Shown in pieces: positions 9,401 through 17,900 of a stretch of 64,000 nucleotides of DNA. The stretch covers positions 352,001 through 416,000 of the forward strand of contig JAXGYC010000009.1 in assembly GCA_040772485.1 (NCBI GenBank). Direction: 5' to 3'. The notes under the pieces are model-generated. The model worked only from the letters and a program-made list of their open reading frames with translations, was not told where the DNA came from and did not search any database. Source of the stretch: Sedimentisphaerales bacterium (GTDB lineage Bacteria > Planctomycetota > Phycisphaerae > Sedimentisphaerales > Anaerobacaceae). The position numbers and the translations under genes are program-made. Position 1 is the first letter of the stretch. Each line of letters starts with the position of its first letter.

Positions 9401-10363
9401 CTGGACGGAACTGCCCAGCTCGGTCTCGATGCCCTCCAGCGTGGATCGGCACCACTGTTCCAGCGCCGTCCGAGCGCCGGCCAGCGCGTTCTGAAAAGCC
9501 CCGCAGGTCTGGCGAACCTGCGACTTGGCCTTTCGCCAGATGACGCGTTCCGCCAGGCCGGCGGCGATCAGACCGATCCCAGCGGCGATCGGATACGCGA
9601 TTTGAGCGGATGGGAGCCCCGGGACCTTCAGGCCGTATAAGATGGCCAGCAGGATAAGAGCAACACCCACCATCCCCGCCGCCAGCAGTGCAGGACGCGT
9701 GCCGACGAAGACCTGGGCGGTCCAGAGACGTTTCAGCGTTGCCAGATGCTGCTCGGCGAGGGCCTGGTGCGATGCGTAATCGCCGCCTGCAGACGGCGTC
9801 ACGGTCTCATTCGCCTCGATTCCGTGCTGCCTGTAGAGTCGCACGAGTTGGCCGGCCTGCTGTTCGAGGCCGTCGAGATAGTGACGCGCGCCGGCGACCG
9901 TCGATTCGGTCTCCTGCCGTCGCTGGGCGCTCTTGGCTACGGCGCCTTCGGCCACAAACTCGGCGACCAGGACCTGATCCTGGTGCTCCTTCTCGGCTTT
10001 TTGTTCCAGTTCGACGGCCGTCTGGTTGACTTTCTTTCGCCGATACTGGATGTCGACCTTGACGTCGCTGAGCTGTTTCTCGTAGTTGGCGCGGATCTCC
10101 TCGACGCGGTCGTCGTAGTGGTCCTGAATCTCCTTGCCGCGGGTGTTGCGGTGCAGCTCGATGCGGCCTCGCTCGGCGTCGAATCTGTCCTGGGCCTTGT
10201 TCCTGGCCGCCTCGTAATCCGACTCGATGCGCGAGTCCAGCGGTCCAACGACCTCAGCCGACAGTTGGATCACCTCCGCCAGCGCCTGACGCTGGAGGTC
10301 GGTATAGTTATCGTCGGCCACCGGGGCCGCCCTGTGCAGATAGGCTTCCAGATCAGCGTTCAT
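6440..10363 (-). CDS. FtsK/SpoIIIE-domain ATPase (EccC/EssC-like) with long coiled coils and two TM helices
   Basis: Walker A 'IAGKTGSGKS', 'YLIDFKQGVEF', Walker B 'VLIVDEFQ', 'QGRAFGIHVVLGSQ', 'RIAL'; TM pair near aa 225-270; adjacent to WXG100-like genes. Confidence 0.9.
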   Translation of the reverse strand: MNADLEAYLHRAAPVADDNYTDLQRQALAEVIQLSAEVVGPLDSRIESDYEAARNKAQDRFDAERGRIELHRNTRGKEIQDHYDDRVEEIRANYEKQLSDVKVDIQYRRKKVNQTAVELEQKAEKEHQDQVLVAEFVAEGAVAKSAQRRQETESTVAGARHYLDGLEQQAGQLVRLYRQHGIEANETVTPSAGGDYASHQALAEQHLATLKRLWTAQVFVGTRPALLAAGMVGVALILLAILYGLKVPGLPSAQIAYPIAAGIGLIAAGLAERVIWRKAKSQVRQTCGAFQNALAGARTALEQWCRSTLEGIETELGSSVQKKDVELRRAHETFETARANISRQRNTSLQEIEHRRVEAFDQLKKERDNALNQAQEHVEQERSALDQECRQRLAEIQQRYDSEMGECRSQYETSRQHLQQRWDEGLAQIRALLNRASELDKAFVADWEHLIDRSPTMSDASASAVRFGTLRLDLKPLSESVRARAGQTLDTASLMELPAVLEFPQHCSMLLQSGREGRQEAIETLRATMARLFTSLPPGRVRFTIFDPVGLGESFAGFMHAGDYLESLVGGRIWTEAAQIRQQLEDLTGHMENVIQKYLRNEFETIEQYNEQAGELAEPYRFLVIADFPVNFNEESARRLSSIIHSGPRCGVHTLIACDARQELPSGIDIEDISAGSIHLVYDKNRFVWRDPVLKRFPLTPDKPPSESVLTNLMHAIGKAGASSARVEVPFQTIAPTDEQLWSLDSSRELSVPLGRTGATRLQRFRVGHGVAQHTLIAGKTGSGKSTLLHVMVTNLALWYAPDQVELYLIDFKQGVEFKTYVTNRLPHARAVAIESDREFGLSILQRLDAEMAHRGNLFRDAGVQDIAAYRSATGKTMPRTVLIVDEFQVFFSEDDKLAQDAIVLLEQLVRQGRAFGIHVVLGSQTLGGAFGLARSTMGQMAVRIALQCSEIDSQLVLDDENTAARLLSRPGEAIYNDAGGAVAGNSPFQVAWLSDAVRDSYLSRIAARGPEPREPMIVFEGNVPADIRENRQLAACVAANGDSPVPAPKIWLGSPVTIKEPTAVVLRRQSGGNILMVGQRDEAAMNLMTGACVCLASQLPRSSVEFVILDGSAPDSAQAGAFARVTRVLPHPCRIVAWNDVPAAIAALSQKANERIEADRNDEATVVLLVYGLQRYRMLRRSEDSFGFSMGSEEATPRPDVQFAGLLRDGPPVGIHVVAWADTLGTLERTFDRQTVREFDHRILFQMSAADSSTLIDSPAANQLGFHRALLYSEEQGGLEKFRPYGPLPDDWLADLGRKWALRRGE
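7229..7252 (-). repeat. Degenerate REP palindrome, family A (in-frame in FtsK linker)
   Basis: Minus strand gtagcggcgaatggtgattcgccg, encodes VAANGDSP. Confidence 0.6.
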
Positions 10364-10593
10364 AGGCCGGGTTCCGAACTGTCCTTACAATCATGGCGCG
10401 CCGCCTCGATGGCGCTGCCGATTCGCTCCATCGCCAGGACGGCCGACCGGATGTTCGCCTCCAGCAGCGCCATGTACTGCTGCTCGAAGCGCCGGGCGTT
10501 CTCATCGCGCCAGTTCTCCCTGGTCTGCTGCCAGTCGGCCAGCAGTTTCTTGCTGGCCTGAACGAGTTTGGCTCGGCTTTCGATCGCGCTCAT
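10360..10593 (-). CDS. Small helical WXG100-like protein (77 aa)
   Basis: Helix-turn-helix hairpin pattern with central 'ENWRDENARRF'; 4-bp overlaps with both neighbours. Confidence 0.7.
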   Translation of the reverse strand: MSAIESRAKLVQASKKLLADWQQTRENWRDENARRFEQQYMALLEANIRSAVLAMERIGSAIEAARHDCKDSSEPGL

Positions 10594-11573
10594 GCGGTAT
10601 TGTCATTCCCATCGAAGACTGTCAGGGTCGCATTGCGACGGTCTATCACCACCAGAGACCCTTCGGGCAGGCTCAGCACCCTCTGCAGTTGAGGCTGCGC
10701 CTGCAACAGGTCGGCCGTGCGCACGGCGACATATTCGCTCGATTGGGCCTCATCGCCGGCGCCGACGAACCATCCCGAATCTCCGTCTGCGGCGTTGGTG
10801 CGAGCAAGGAAGACCACCTCGGGCTGCCGGCCGGTGCAGGCGATCAGAACCCGATCCTCCGGCGCCGGAGCATAGGGTTGGTCTTCAAGCGATGCCTCAG
10901 GCATCGCGATTCCCGTGATCCATTCGGGTACTGCCGCCGCCGGCGCTTCCGTTCGCATCTGGGGGGCAGGAGTCCTGCGGCGAAGACGCTTTGCGAATGC
11001 TCGCAGGTCCGGCGGGGCCGGTGCAGGCGCCGGCCGCAGCACGCTTTCCTTCGCGGCCTTGTCGAACTCCACCGACGCTTCGGGCGGCGCCAAGGCGACA
11101 TAGGCCTCCAGCGAGTCAATCATTTTCTCCAGTCGGGCCATCGCGTTGGGGATGTCCGCGTCAATCGCGCCGACCAGACCCTGAACGCCACCCCGGTAGT
11201 CGGACTGCAACTTATCGATCTGCTGAATCCACGACCGTGTCCGCGCGAGCTTGGTCTGGGCCTCGCGCAGCCGACGTTCGGCGATGGCCAGCGCCTTCCT
11301 TTCCTCGACGGCCGAACTCGTTGTTCCGGAGAGCGCCCGATCCAGGACGTTCTTCTGTTTCAGGGCCAGTTTGGCCTGTGTCACGCGCTCGGCACACACG
11401 TGAACCTGGTTCGACCAGTATCGCTTGCGATCTTCGTTCAGCCAGGCCAGCGTCCGCTGAACGTCGGTGCTGACTTCATCCAGCGCCACTGCCGCTGTGT
11501 CGGAAAACGTGGCCAGCGAAGCCTTCAGAGACTTCAGCAGGACAACCGAATTGACTCTCGCGCACTGGCTCAT
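10590..11573 (-). CDS. Hypothetical protein: N-terminal helical/coiled-coil region, Pro-rich linker, C-terminal DUF2185/Imm33-like domain
   Basis: Amphipathic helices aa 1-160, 'RPAPAPAPP' linker, 'DGDSGWFVGAGDE...LLQAQPQLQRVLSLPEG'. Confidence 0.65.
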   Translation of the reverse strand: MSQCARVNSVVLLKSLKASLATFSDTAAVALDEVSTDVQRTLAWLNEDRKRYWSNQVHVCAERVTQAKLALKQKNVLDRALSGTTSSAVEERKALAIAERRLREAQTKLARTRSWIQQIDKLQSDYRGGVQGLVGAIDADIPNAMARLEKMIDSLEAYVALAPPEASVEFDKAAKESVLRPAPAPAPPDLRAFAKRLRRRTPAPQMRTEAPAAAVPEWITGIAMPEASLEDQPYAPAPEDRVLIACTGRQPEVVFLARTNAADGDSGWFVGAGDEAQSSEYVAVRTADLLQAQPQLQRVLSLPEGSLVVIDRRNATLTVFDGNDNTA

Positions 11574-11582
11574 CGACTGTTC

Positions 11583-11855
11583 TTAACGCTGCTGGAGGTA
11601 ATCTTCGATATGGCGAGCCTTCTTCAGCAGGAAGGACGCATGCTGGGCCGACGATTCAAGGAAGCGACTCAGCGCCTTGACCGTCTGCTCGAACTCCTGG
11701 GTGAACCGCTTCTGCTCCTGATCCATCCAGCTCTTCTCCAACCCGTGCAGTCGGGTCTGCAATGCGCCCATCAGGGCCTCCAGGTCGGAGTTGAAGCGGT
11801 TCAAATCTCGTGCAAACCGCCGCAGCTCGGCCGGGTCAACATTGGCTTTGGCCAT
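11583..11855 (-). CDS. WXG100-family (ESAT-6-like) protein
   Basis: 90 aa, 'VDPAELRRFA' N-terminus, central 'SWMDQEQKRF' (W-x-D variant), RBS GGAGG upstream. Confidence 0.85.
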   Translation of the reverse strand: MAKANVDPAELRRFARDLNRFNSDLEALMGALQTRLHGLEKSWMDQEQKRFTQEFEQTVKALSRFLESSAQHASFLLKKARHIEDYLQQR

Positions 11856-11929
11856 GATCGCCTCCGTGTCACGGGACCGCGTGTCCCTTCGAAATCCAAT
11901 CGTTCGTAGTGGGCACGACCCATATCGCT

Positions 11930-11935
11930 ATTATA
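11930..11935 (-). promoter_or_regulatory. Candidate sigma70 -10 box for the WXG100 operon
   Basis: Perfect TATAAT on the minus strand ~75 bp upstream of the WXG100 ATG in GC-rich DNA; -35 is weak. Confidence 0.45.
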
Positions 11936-11991
11936 CCGCATCGGGGCGGCACCTGCCACTGCTCGCTGAGTTTCGCGCCGCCATGAACGGT

Positions 11992-12020
11992 TTGCAACCC
12001 GACGTGAGGGCGGCTATAAT
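11992..12020 (+). promoter_or_regulatory. sigma70-type promoter for the two-component operon
   Basis: TTGCAA (11992-11997), 17-bp spacer, TATAAT (12015-12020), 8 nt before ATG 12029. Confidence 0.75.
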
Positions 12021-12028
12021 GCGGCGCC

Positions 12029-13402
12029 ATGAGCGATCCGCGAAATGGCAGTGCGAGGATTCTGATTGGTGACGACCAGCCCGATGTGCTGCGGGCGCTG
12101 CGTCTGCTGCTCAAGCCCGAGGGCTACCGGATCGAGGCGGCCGGCTCGGCGGCGGAGATTCTTCGCGCTGTGGCCGAGCATGACTTCGACGTCGCGCTGC
12201 TGGACCTGAACTACGTTCGCGGCAGCACCTCGGGACAGGAGGGCCTTGACCTTCTGTTCAGGATCCAGCAGATCGATGGCACCCTGCCCGTCGTGGTCAT
12301 GACCGCCTGGAGCAGCGTCGAGCTGGCGGTGGAGGTCATGCGTCGCGGGGCCCGCGATTTCGTCACCAAGCCGTGGAAAAACGAGCGCCTTCTGACAATC
12401 CTGCGGACGCAGGTCGAATTGGGCCGGGCGCTGCGAAAGGGGCGACAGCTCGAACAGGAGAACCTCCTGCTGCGGAGCGAAGCCCGGCCGCTCCTGATCG
12501 GCGAGTCGCGGGCGATGCAACCGGTGCTGGAGGTCATCGCTCGCGTCGGACCTTCCGAAGCCAACGTGCTCATCACCGGAGAGAACGGCTCCGGCAAGGG
12601 TGTGGTGGCCCAGGCGCTCCATGCCGCTTCCTCAAGGAAGGACACCACGCTGGTGACGGTCAACACCGCCAGCATTGCCGAGACGATCTTCGAGAGCGAG
12701 CTGTTCGGGCACGTCGCCGGCGCGTTTACCGACGCCAGAACGGACCGGCTCGGGCGTTTCAAACTGGCGGACCGGGCGACTCTGTTCCTCGATGAGATCG
12801 CCAGCATTCCGGTGAATCTCCAGTCGAAACTCCTGCGCGTCCTGGAAAGCGGGGAATTCGAGCCGGTCGGGTCCTCGAAGACCCTTCGTGTGGACGTTCG
12901 GGTCCTCTCAGCGACCAACGCGAATATTGATGAGGAGGTCCGCGCAGGCCGGTTCCGTCAGGACCTGCTCTACCGACTGCAAACGATTCGTCTGCACGTG
13001 CCTGCGTTGCGAGAGCGTCGGGAGGATATTCCGCTGCTGGCGGCGCATTTTCTGCGTCGATATGCGGTTCGCTATCGCAAGAACCTGACTGGTTTCGACG
13101 CGGCATCGATGCAGGTGCTTCTGGATTATTCCTGGCCGGGCAACGTTCGCCAACTCGGTCACACGGTGGAACGGGCCGTCCTGATGGCCCAGGAACCGGC
13201 GGTGCGAGCGAGCGATCTTGGGCTCGAGCCGACCGTCGGCATTCGGCCGGCATTTGACGAGATGACGTTGGGGCAAGTTGAGCAAGTGCTCGTGCGGAAA
13301 GCCCTGTCTCGATTCCAGGGCGACGTCAGCAAGGCCGCCGAGTCCCTGGGGCTCAGTCGAGCGGCCCTGTACCGGCGCATGGAGAAGTACCACATCCAGT
13401 GA
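12029..13402 (+). CDS. sigma54-dependent response regulator (NtrC/AtoC family: REC-AAA+-Fis HTH)
   Basis: REC 'LLDLNY', 'GENGSGKG', 'ESELFGHVAGAFTDA', 'LFLDEI', 'FRQDLLYRL', 'WPGNVRQL', HTH 'AAESLGLSRAALYRRM'. Confidence 0.95.
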   Translation: MSDPRNGSARILIGDDQPDVLRALRLLLKPEGYRIEAAGSAAEILRAVAEHDFDVALLDLNYVRGSTSGQEGLDLLFRIQQIDGTLPVVVMTAWSSVELAVEVMRRGARDFVTKPWKNERLLTILRTQVELGRALRKGRQLEQENLLLRSEARPLLIGESRAMQPVLEVIARVGPSEANVLITGENGSGKGVVAQALHAASSRKDTTLVTVNTASIAETIFESELFGHVAGAFTDARTDRLGRFKLADRATLFLDEIASIPVNLQSKLLRVLESGEFEPVGSSKTLRVDVRVLSATNANIDEEVRAGRFRQDLLYRLQTIRLHVPALRERREDIPLLAAHFLRRYAVRYRKNLTGFDAASMQVLLDYSWPGNVRQLGHTVERAVLMAQEPAVRASDLGLEPTVGIRPAFDEMTLGQVEQVLVRKALSRFQGDVSKAAESLGLSRAALYRRMEKYHIQ

Positions 13403-14841
13403 TCGGTTCGCGCCCGTCCTCGCGTCGACGCGATCCCGGTGGATATCGGGATTCGACCTGGGAGAAACAGATGAGCGCTCTGTCACGGTGTCTGACATAC
13501 GAGCAACGAATCTTTCTTCTGAGCCTGATGGCCGGTCTGGTGGGTTCCGTTCCGGCCGTTGTCCTGCTTCTGGCCTCCGGGTACAGCGTCAGGACGCAGG
13601 TGACAGTGATCGTGTTGCTCGCGCTCGTGGCGCTGGGCATTGCTTCCAGCATCGCCGGCAGGGTGGCCTTTCCGCTTCGTACCTTGTCCAACCTCATGGG
13701 GGCCCTGCGGGAGGGGGATTACTCGATGCGGGCCAGGGGCGCCCGGCACGGCGATGCGCTGGGCGAGGCGATATGGGAGGTCAACGCGCTGGCCACCTCG
13801 CTGCGCGAACAGCGGCTGGGGGCGATCGAGGCGACCGTGCTGCTCCGCAAGGTTCTGGCGCAAATCGATGTGGCGATGTTCGGCTTCGACAACGATCAGA
13901 GACTCCAGTTGGTCAACGACAGCGGCCGGCGGCTGCTGGCCCGGACCGAGGAAGAGCTGATCGGTTGCCGCGCCGATGAGCTGGGCTTGGCCGAGTGCCT
14001 CGAAGGCGCTACACCTCGTCTGACGGACATTGCGTTTCCGGGCGGTTCGGGGCGCTGGGAGCTGCGCCGAGGCAGCTACAGAGAGAAGGGCGTGTCACAC
14101 CAACTCCTTTTCCTGTCGGACCTTACGCGTACGCTTCATGAGGAGGAACGCCGGGCCTGGGAGCGGCTGATTCGCACCCTTCGTCACGAAGTCAACAATA
14201 GCCTGACCCCCATTCAGTCGGTGGCCGAGAGCCTCAGGGCGTTGCTCGACCGCCGGCCGCGACCCGACGACTGGGATGACGACCTCCAGGAAGGTTTGGC
14301 GATCATCGCGGAGCGGTCGGAGGCGCTGGACCGGTTCATCGGGGCCTATTCCCGGCTGGCCCACCTGCCGCAGCCGCAGTTGGGCTCGGTGGATGTGATA
14401 GACCTGTTCCGCCGGGTTGTGGGCCTGGAGAAGCGGATGTCGGTGGTCGTGGAAGGCGGGCCGGAGGTGAGCGTCCGCGGCGACCGCGACCAACTGGAGC
14501 AACTGCTCATCAACGTGATCTCCAATGCCGTCGAATCGAGCCTGCTTGCCCATCGCGCCGGAGACGGCCGCGTCTCGGTCAGTTGGCGGACCGACTCGCA
14601 CGCATTCTGGGCGTATGTTGACGACGATGGCGTTGGCCTGGATGCGGCTATCGACGTTTTCGTCCCGTTCTATACGAGCAAGGAACACGGATCGGGGATT
14701 GGGCTGACGCTGTGCCGCCAGATCGCCGAGGCCCACGCCGGCGGCCTGACTCTTGAGAACCACCCCGACAAACCCGGCTGCCGCGCCACACTGAGGCTGC
14801 CGGCCGGAGAGGGTCTGAATCGGCGTCCCGCACAGGGGTAA
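13399..14841 (+). CDS. Membrane sensor histidine kinase (TM-HAMP-PAS-like-HisKA-HATPase)
   Basis: Two TM helices, H-box 'LRHEVNNSLTPI', N-box 'LLINVISNA', 'DDDGVG', 'GSGIGL'. GTG start overlaps the regulator stop; alternative ATG at 13471. Confidence 0.9.
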   Translation: MIGSRPSSRRRDPGGYRDSTWEKQMSALSRCLTYEQRIFLLSLMAGLVGSVPAVVLLLASGYSVRTQVTVIVLLALVALGIASSIAGRVAFPLRTLSNLMGALREGDYSMRARGARHGDALGEAIWEVNALATSLREQRLGAIEATVLLRKVLAQIDVAMFGFDNDQRLQLVNDSGRRLLARTEEELIGCRADELGLAECLEGATPRLTDIAFPGGSGRWELRRGSYREKGVSHQLLFLSDLTRTLHEEERRAWERLIRTLRHEVNNSLTPIQSVAESLRALLDRRPRPDDWDDDLQEGLAIIAERSEALDRFIGAYSRLAHLPQPQLGSVDVIDLFRRVVGLEKRMSVVVEGGPEVSVRGDRDQLEQLLINVISNAVESSLLAHRAGDGRVSVSWRTDSHAFWAYVDDDGVGLDAAIDVFVPFYTSKEHGSGIGLTLCRQIAEAHAGGLTLENHPDKPGCRATLRLPAGEGLNRRPAQG

Positions 14842-14890
14842 CCTGTGCGCCGCCTGTGCTGTGGAACGCTGGAGCGATTTGCGGAGGATG

Positions 14891-14918
14891 GTAGGGGCGA
14901 ATGATCATTCGCCCGTAC
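14891..14918 (+). repeat. GTAG-type REP palindrome, family A (intergenic)
   Basis: gtaggggcgaatgatcattcgcccgtac. Confidence 0.8.
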
Positions 14919-14952
14919 GTCCCCGAGAAGGTGTTGGTCAGAGGAGAAGTGC

Positions 14953-17900
14953 ATGGGAACATTCCGGTCTCACGGTGGCAGCGGCAAGCGCGAGCTTGCC
15001 GATGGTTTAGGGCGCCTGCGAAGAGGTCTCCATCGGCAAGCTTGCGCTTGCCGCTGCCACACGCTCGTGGTCATAGCTGTGCTGACGCTTGGCGCCCAGA
15101 CCAGTGCGAATCAGGCAGACTCCTGGCAGGCGGCTGTGCTGGAGGCGCAGGCTCAGGCGGCTTCGCTTGACCCTGGCAGCGACGCGTTCACCGCGGCGGC
15201 CGAGGAACTCTCGGTCCGGTCCGAGCGCGAATTTCCGATGCAGTGGGACTGGTGCTTGCAAGATGCGGGACCGGACTTTGGCCGGTGGCTGTCGGCTTCC
15301 GCCGCTTCGGCGACAGCGCGACAGGCGGCGGACAAAGCGATCGCGGAACTCGGAGCCGAGGGCAGCGACCTTCGGAATGACTTCGACCGCCTTGTAAGTC
15401 AGTCGACACCCGCCGAGTCGGGACGATGGTTCGAGTTGTACCTCCGCGCCGCCGGCGTGCGTCGCGAGATGCGCCTGCGCACCCTGCATCGGCAGTATCC
15501 TCAGTGGGTCTTCACGAAGCACTGCATCCTGGGCGGCTCGCACTACGCCTACACCGAAGGCCAGTCTGACGCCCAGCACGAGCGGCAGTTCGAGCCGGGT
15601 GCGGCCCTCTGCCGGCTGGAGATCGAAGGCGACCGGTGCACCGTGCGCACGCTGATCGACGACCCCAACGGCGTCATCCGCGATCCGGACGTGTCCTGGG
15701 ACGGCCGTCACGTGCTCTTCGCCTGGAAGAAGTCCGACCGCCAGGACGACTATCACCTCCACGAGATGGAGGTCGCGACAGGCTCGATCCGGCAGTTGAC
15801 GCACGGACTGGGTTTCGCAGACTACGAAGGAGTCTATCTGCCCAACGATGATATCGTCTTCAACTCGACTCGCTGCGTCCAGACGGTGGATTGCTGGTGG
15901 ACGGAGGTGAGCAACCTCTACACGTGCGATCGCGACGGCCGGTATCTGCGCCGTCTGGCTTTCGATCAGGTCCACGACAACTTCCCGACGGTGATGCCCG
16001 ACGGCCGGGTGGTCTATACCCGCTGGGAATACAGCGATCGCGGACAACTCTTCGTCCAGGGCCTGTTTCAGATGAACCCTGACGGCACCGGCCAGACCGA
16101 GTTCTATGGCAACAACTCCTGGTTCCCGACCTCGCTGCTGCACGCTCGCGGCATCCCCGGCACGCAGAAGGTGGTCGCGACCTTCTCGGGTCATCACACG
16201 CTCCAGGTGGGCAAGCTGGGGATCGTGGACCCGGCACGAGGCCGGCAGGAGAACAGCGGGGCCCGGTTGATCGCGCCCGTTCGCGAGACGCCGGCCGAAC
16301 GCATCGACTATTATGGACAGGACGGCGAGCTGTTTCAGTATCCGTATCCGCTCAGTGAGTCGGAGTTCGTAGTTGCCTGCGCGCCGCTCGGCTGGTCACG
16401 CAATCCGACGCGATTCAAACTGTACTGGATCGCCGCCGACGGCCGCCGGGAATTGTTGGCTGCCGATCCGGATGTTTCCTGCAACCAGGCGGTGCCCCTG
16501 GCGGCGCGCCCCCGGCCGCTGGTCCGTCCCAGTCTGGTCGACTACAGCAAGACCACGGGCACGTGCTATCTTCAGGACATCTACGCGGGCCCCGGGCTGG
16601 AGGGCGTGGCCCGAGGCACGATCCAGAAGCTTCGAGTGATTGCGTTGGACTATCGCGCAGCCGGCATGGGCTGGAACTACAACGCCGGTCCGGCCGGTGA
16701 CGCGCTGGTCTGCACGCCGGCTGCCATCGGCAACGGGAGCTGGGATGTGAAGATCGTGTTGGGCGATGCCACCGTGCATCCCGACGGCTCAGCCTTCTTC
16801 AACCTGCCGGCGCGGACGCCCGTGTACTTTCAGGTGATCGACGCGCGCGGATATGCGGCGCAGACGATGCGAAGCTGGCTTACGGTGCAGCCGGGGGAGA
16901 ACGTCTCCTGCCTCGGATGTCACGAATCAAAGAACAGCACGCTGCCCGCGCAGGCCAGACCAAGCAAGGCTTTTGCCGCCGGTCCACAGGACTTGGCTCC
17001 CTTCCAGGGTCCGCCCCGAGGCTTCAGCTTCTCGCGCGAGATCCAGCCCATTCTGGATCGTCACTGTACCAGTTGTCATAACGACACGGAAAGATGGCAG
17101 GAAAGACTGGGACGTGCGACCGCTCGTGTCACCCTGGAGTCGCAGGCTGCCTCGTGTGGCATGGGCTTCCAGCCCATGAAGCATCAGCAGGATGCCGATG
17201 CCAAGAAGAACCGCGGGCAGAATGCTCGCGACACGCAAGGGCGGGACGCCCTCGCCACGGAGGTTGCTTTCAGTCTGTGCAGCACCCCAGTGACCGAGAG
17301 CTTGGCCAAGAGGCAGTGGAGCGCGAGCTATCTGGCTCTCGTCCAGGCGACGCAGAAGACGCTGGAAGGGCATCTCTATCTGGCGGGGACGAGCAACGCC
17401 TTGGTGAACTGGATCAGCGCGCAGTCGGTGCCTGACATGCTGCCGGCGTACTCGGCCGGGGCGGCCCGCAGCCGGCTGCTGAGCCTGCTGGCCGAAGGCC
17501 ACTATGATGCCCAGGTCACAGCGGAGGAGATCGAGAGAATCGCCTGTTGGATCGACCTCCAGGTGCCTTTCTGCGGTGATTACCAGGAGGCGAGCCAGTG
17601 GACCCGCGAGGAACAGCAGCGATACGAGCACTTCCTCGCTAAACGCCGACGCATGGAGGAACTGGAGCGTCGACACATCGCCGCATGGCTGAGCGCGCAC
17701 AAGCCCAAGACGCAGACCCCGGCGCCGGGCAGCAGCGACAAAGATGCTCACCTGTCACCCTTGGCGATGGCTGTAAACGCCTCTGGAAAAGAGCTTTACA
17801 TTGTTGCGGCTGCCGGTCGACAGATTCTCGTCGTCGATCGGGCGACATGCTCGGTCCGCCGGAAGATTGATCTGACCGAGGCGCCGTCAGGCGTTGCGAT

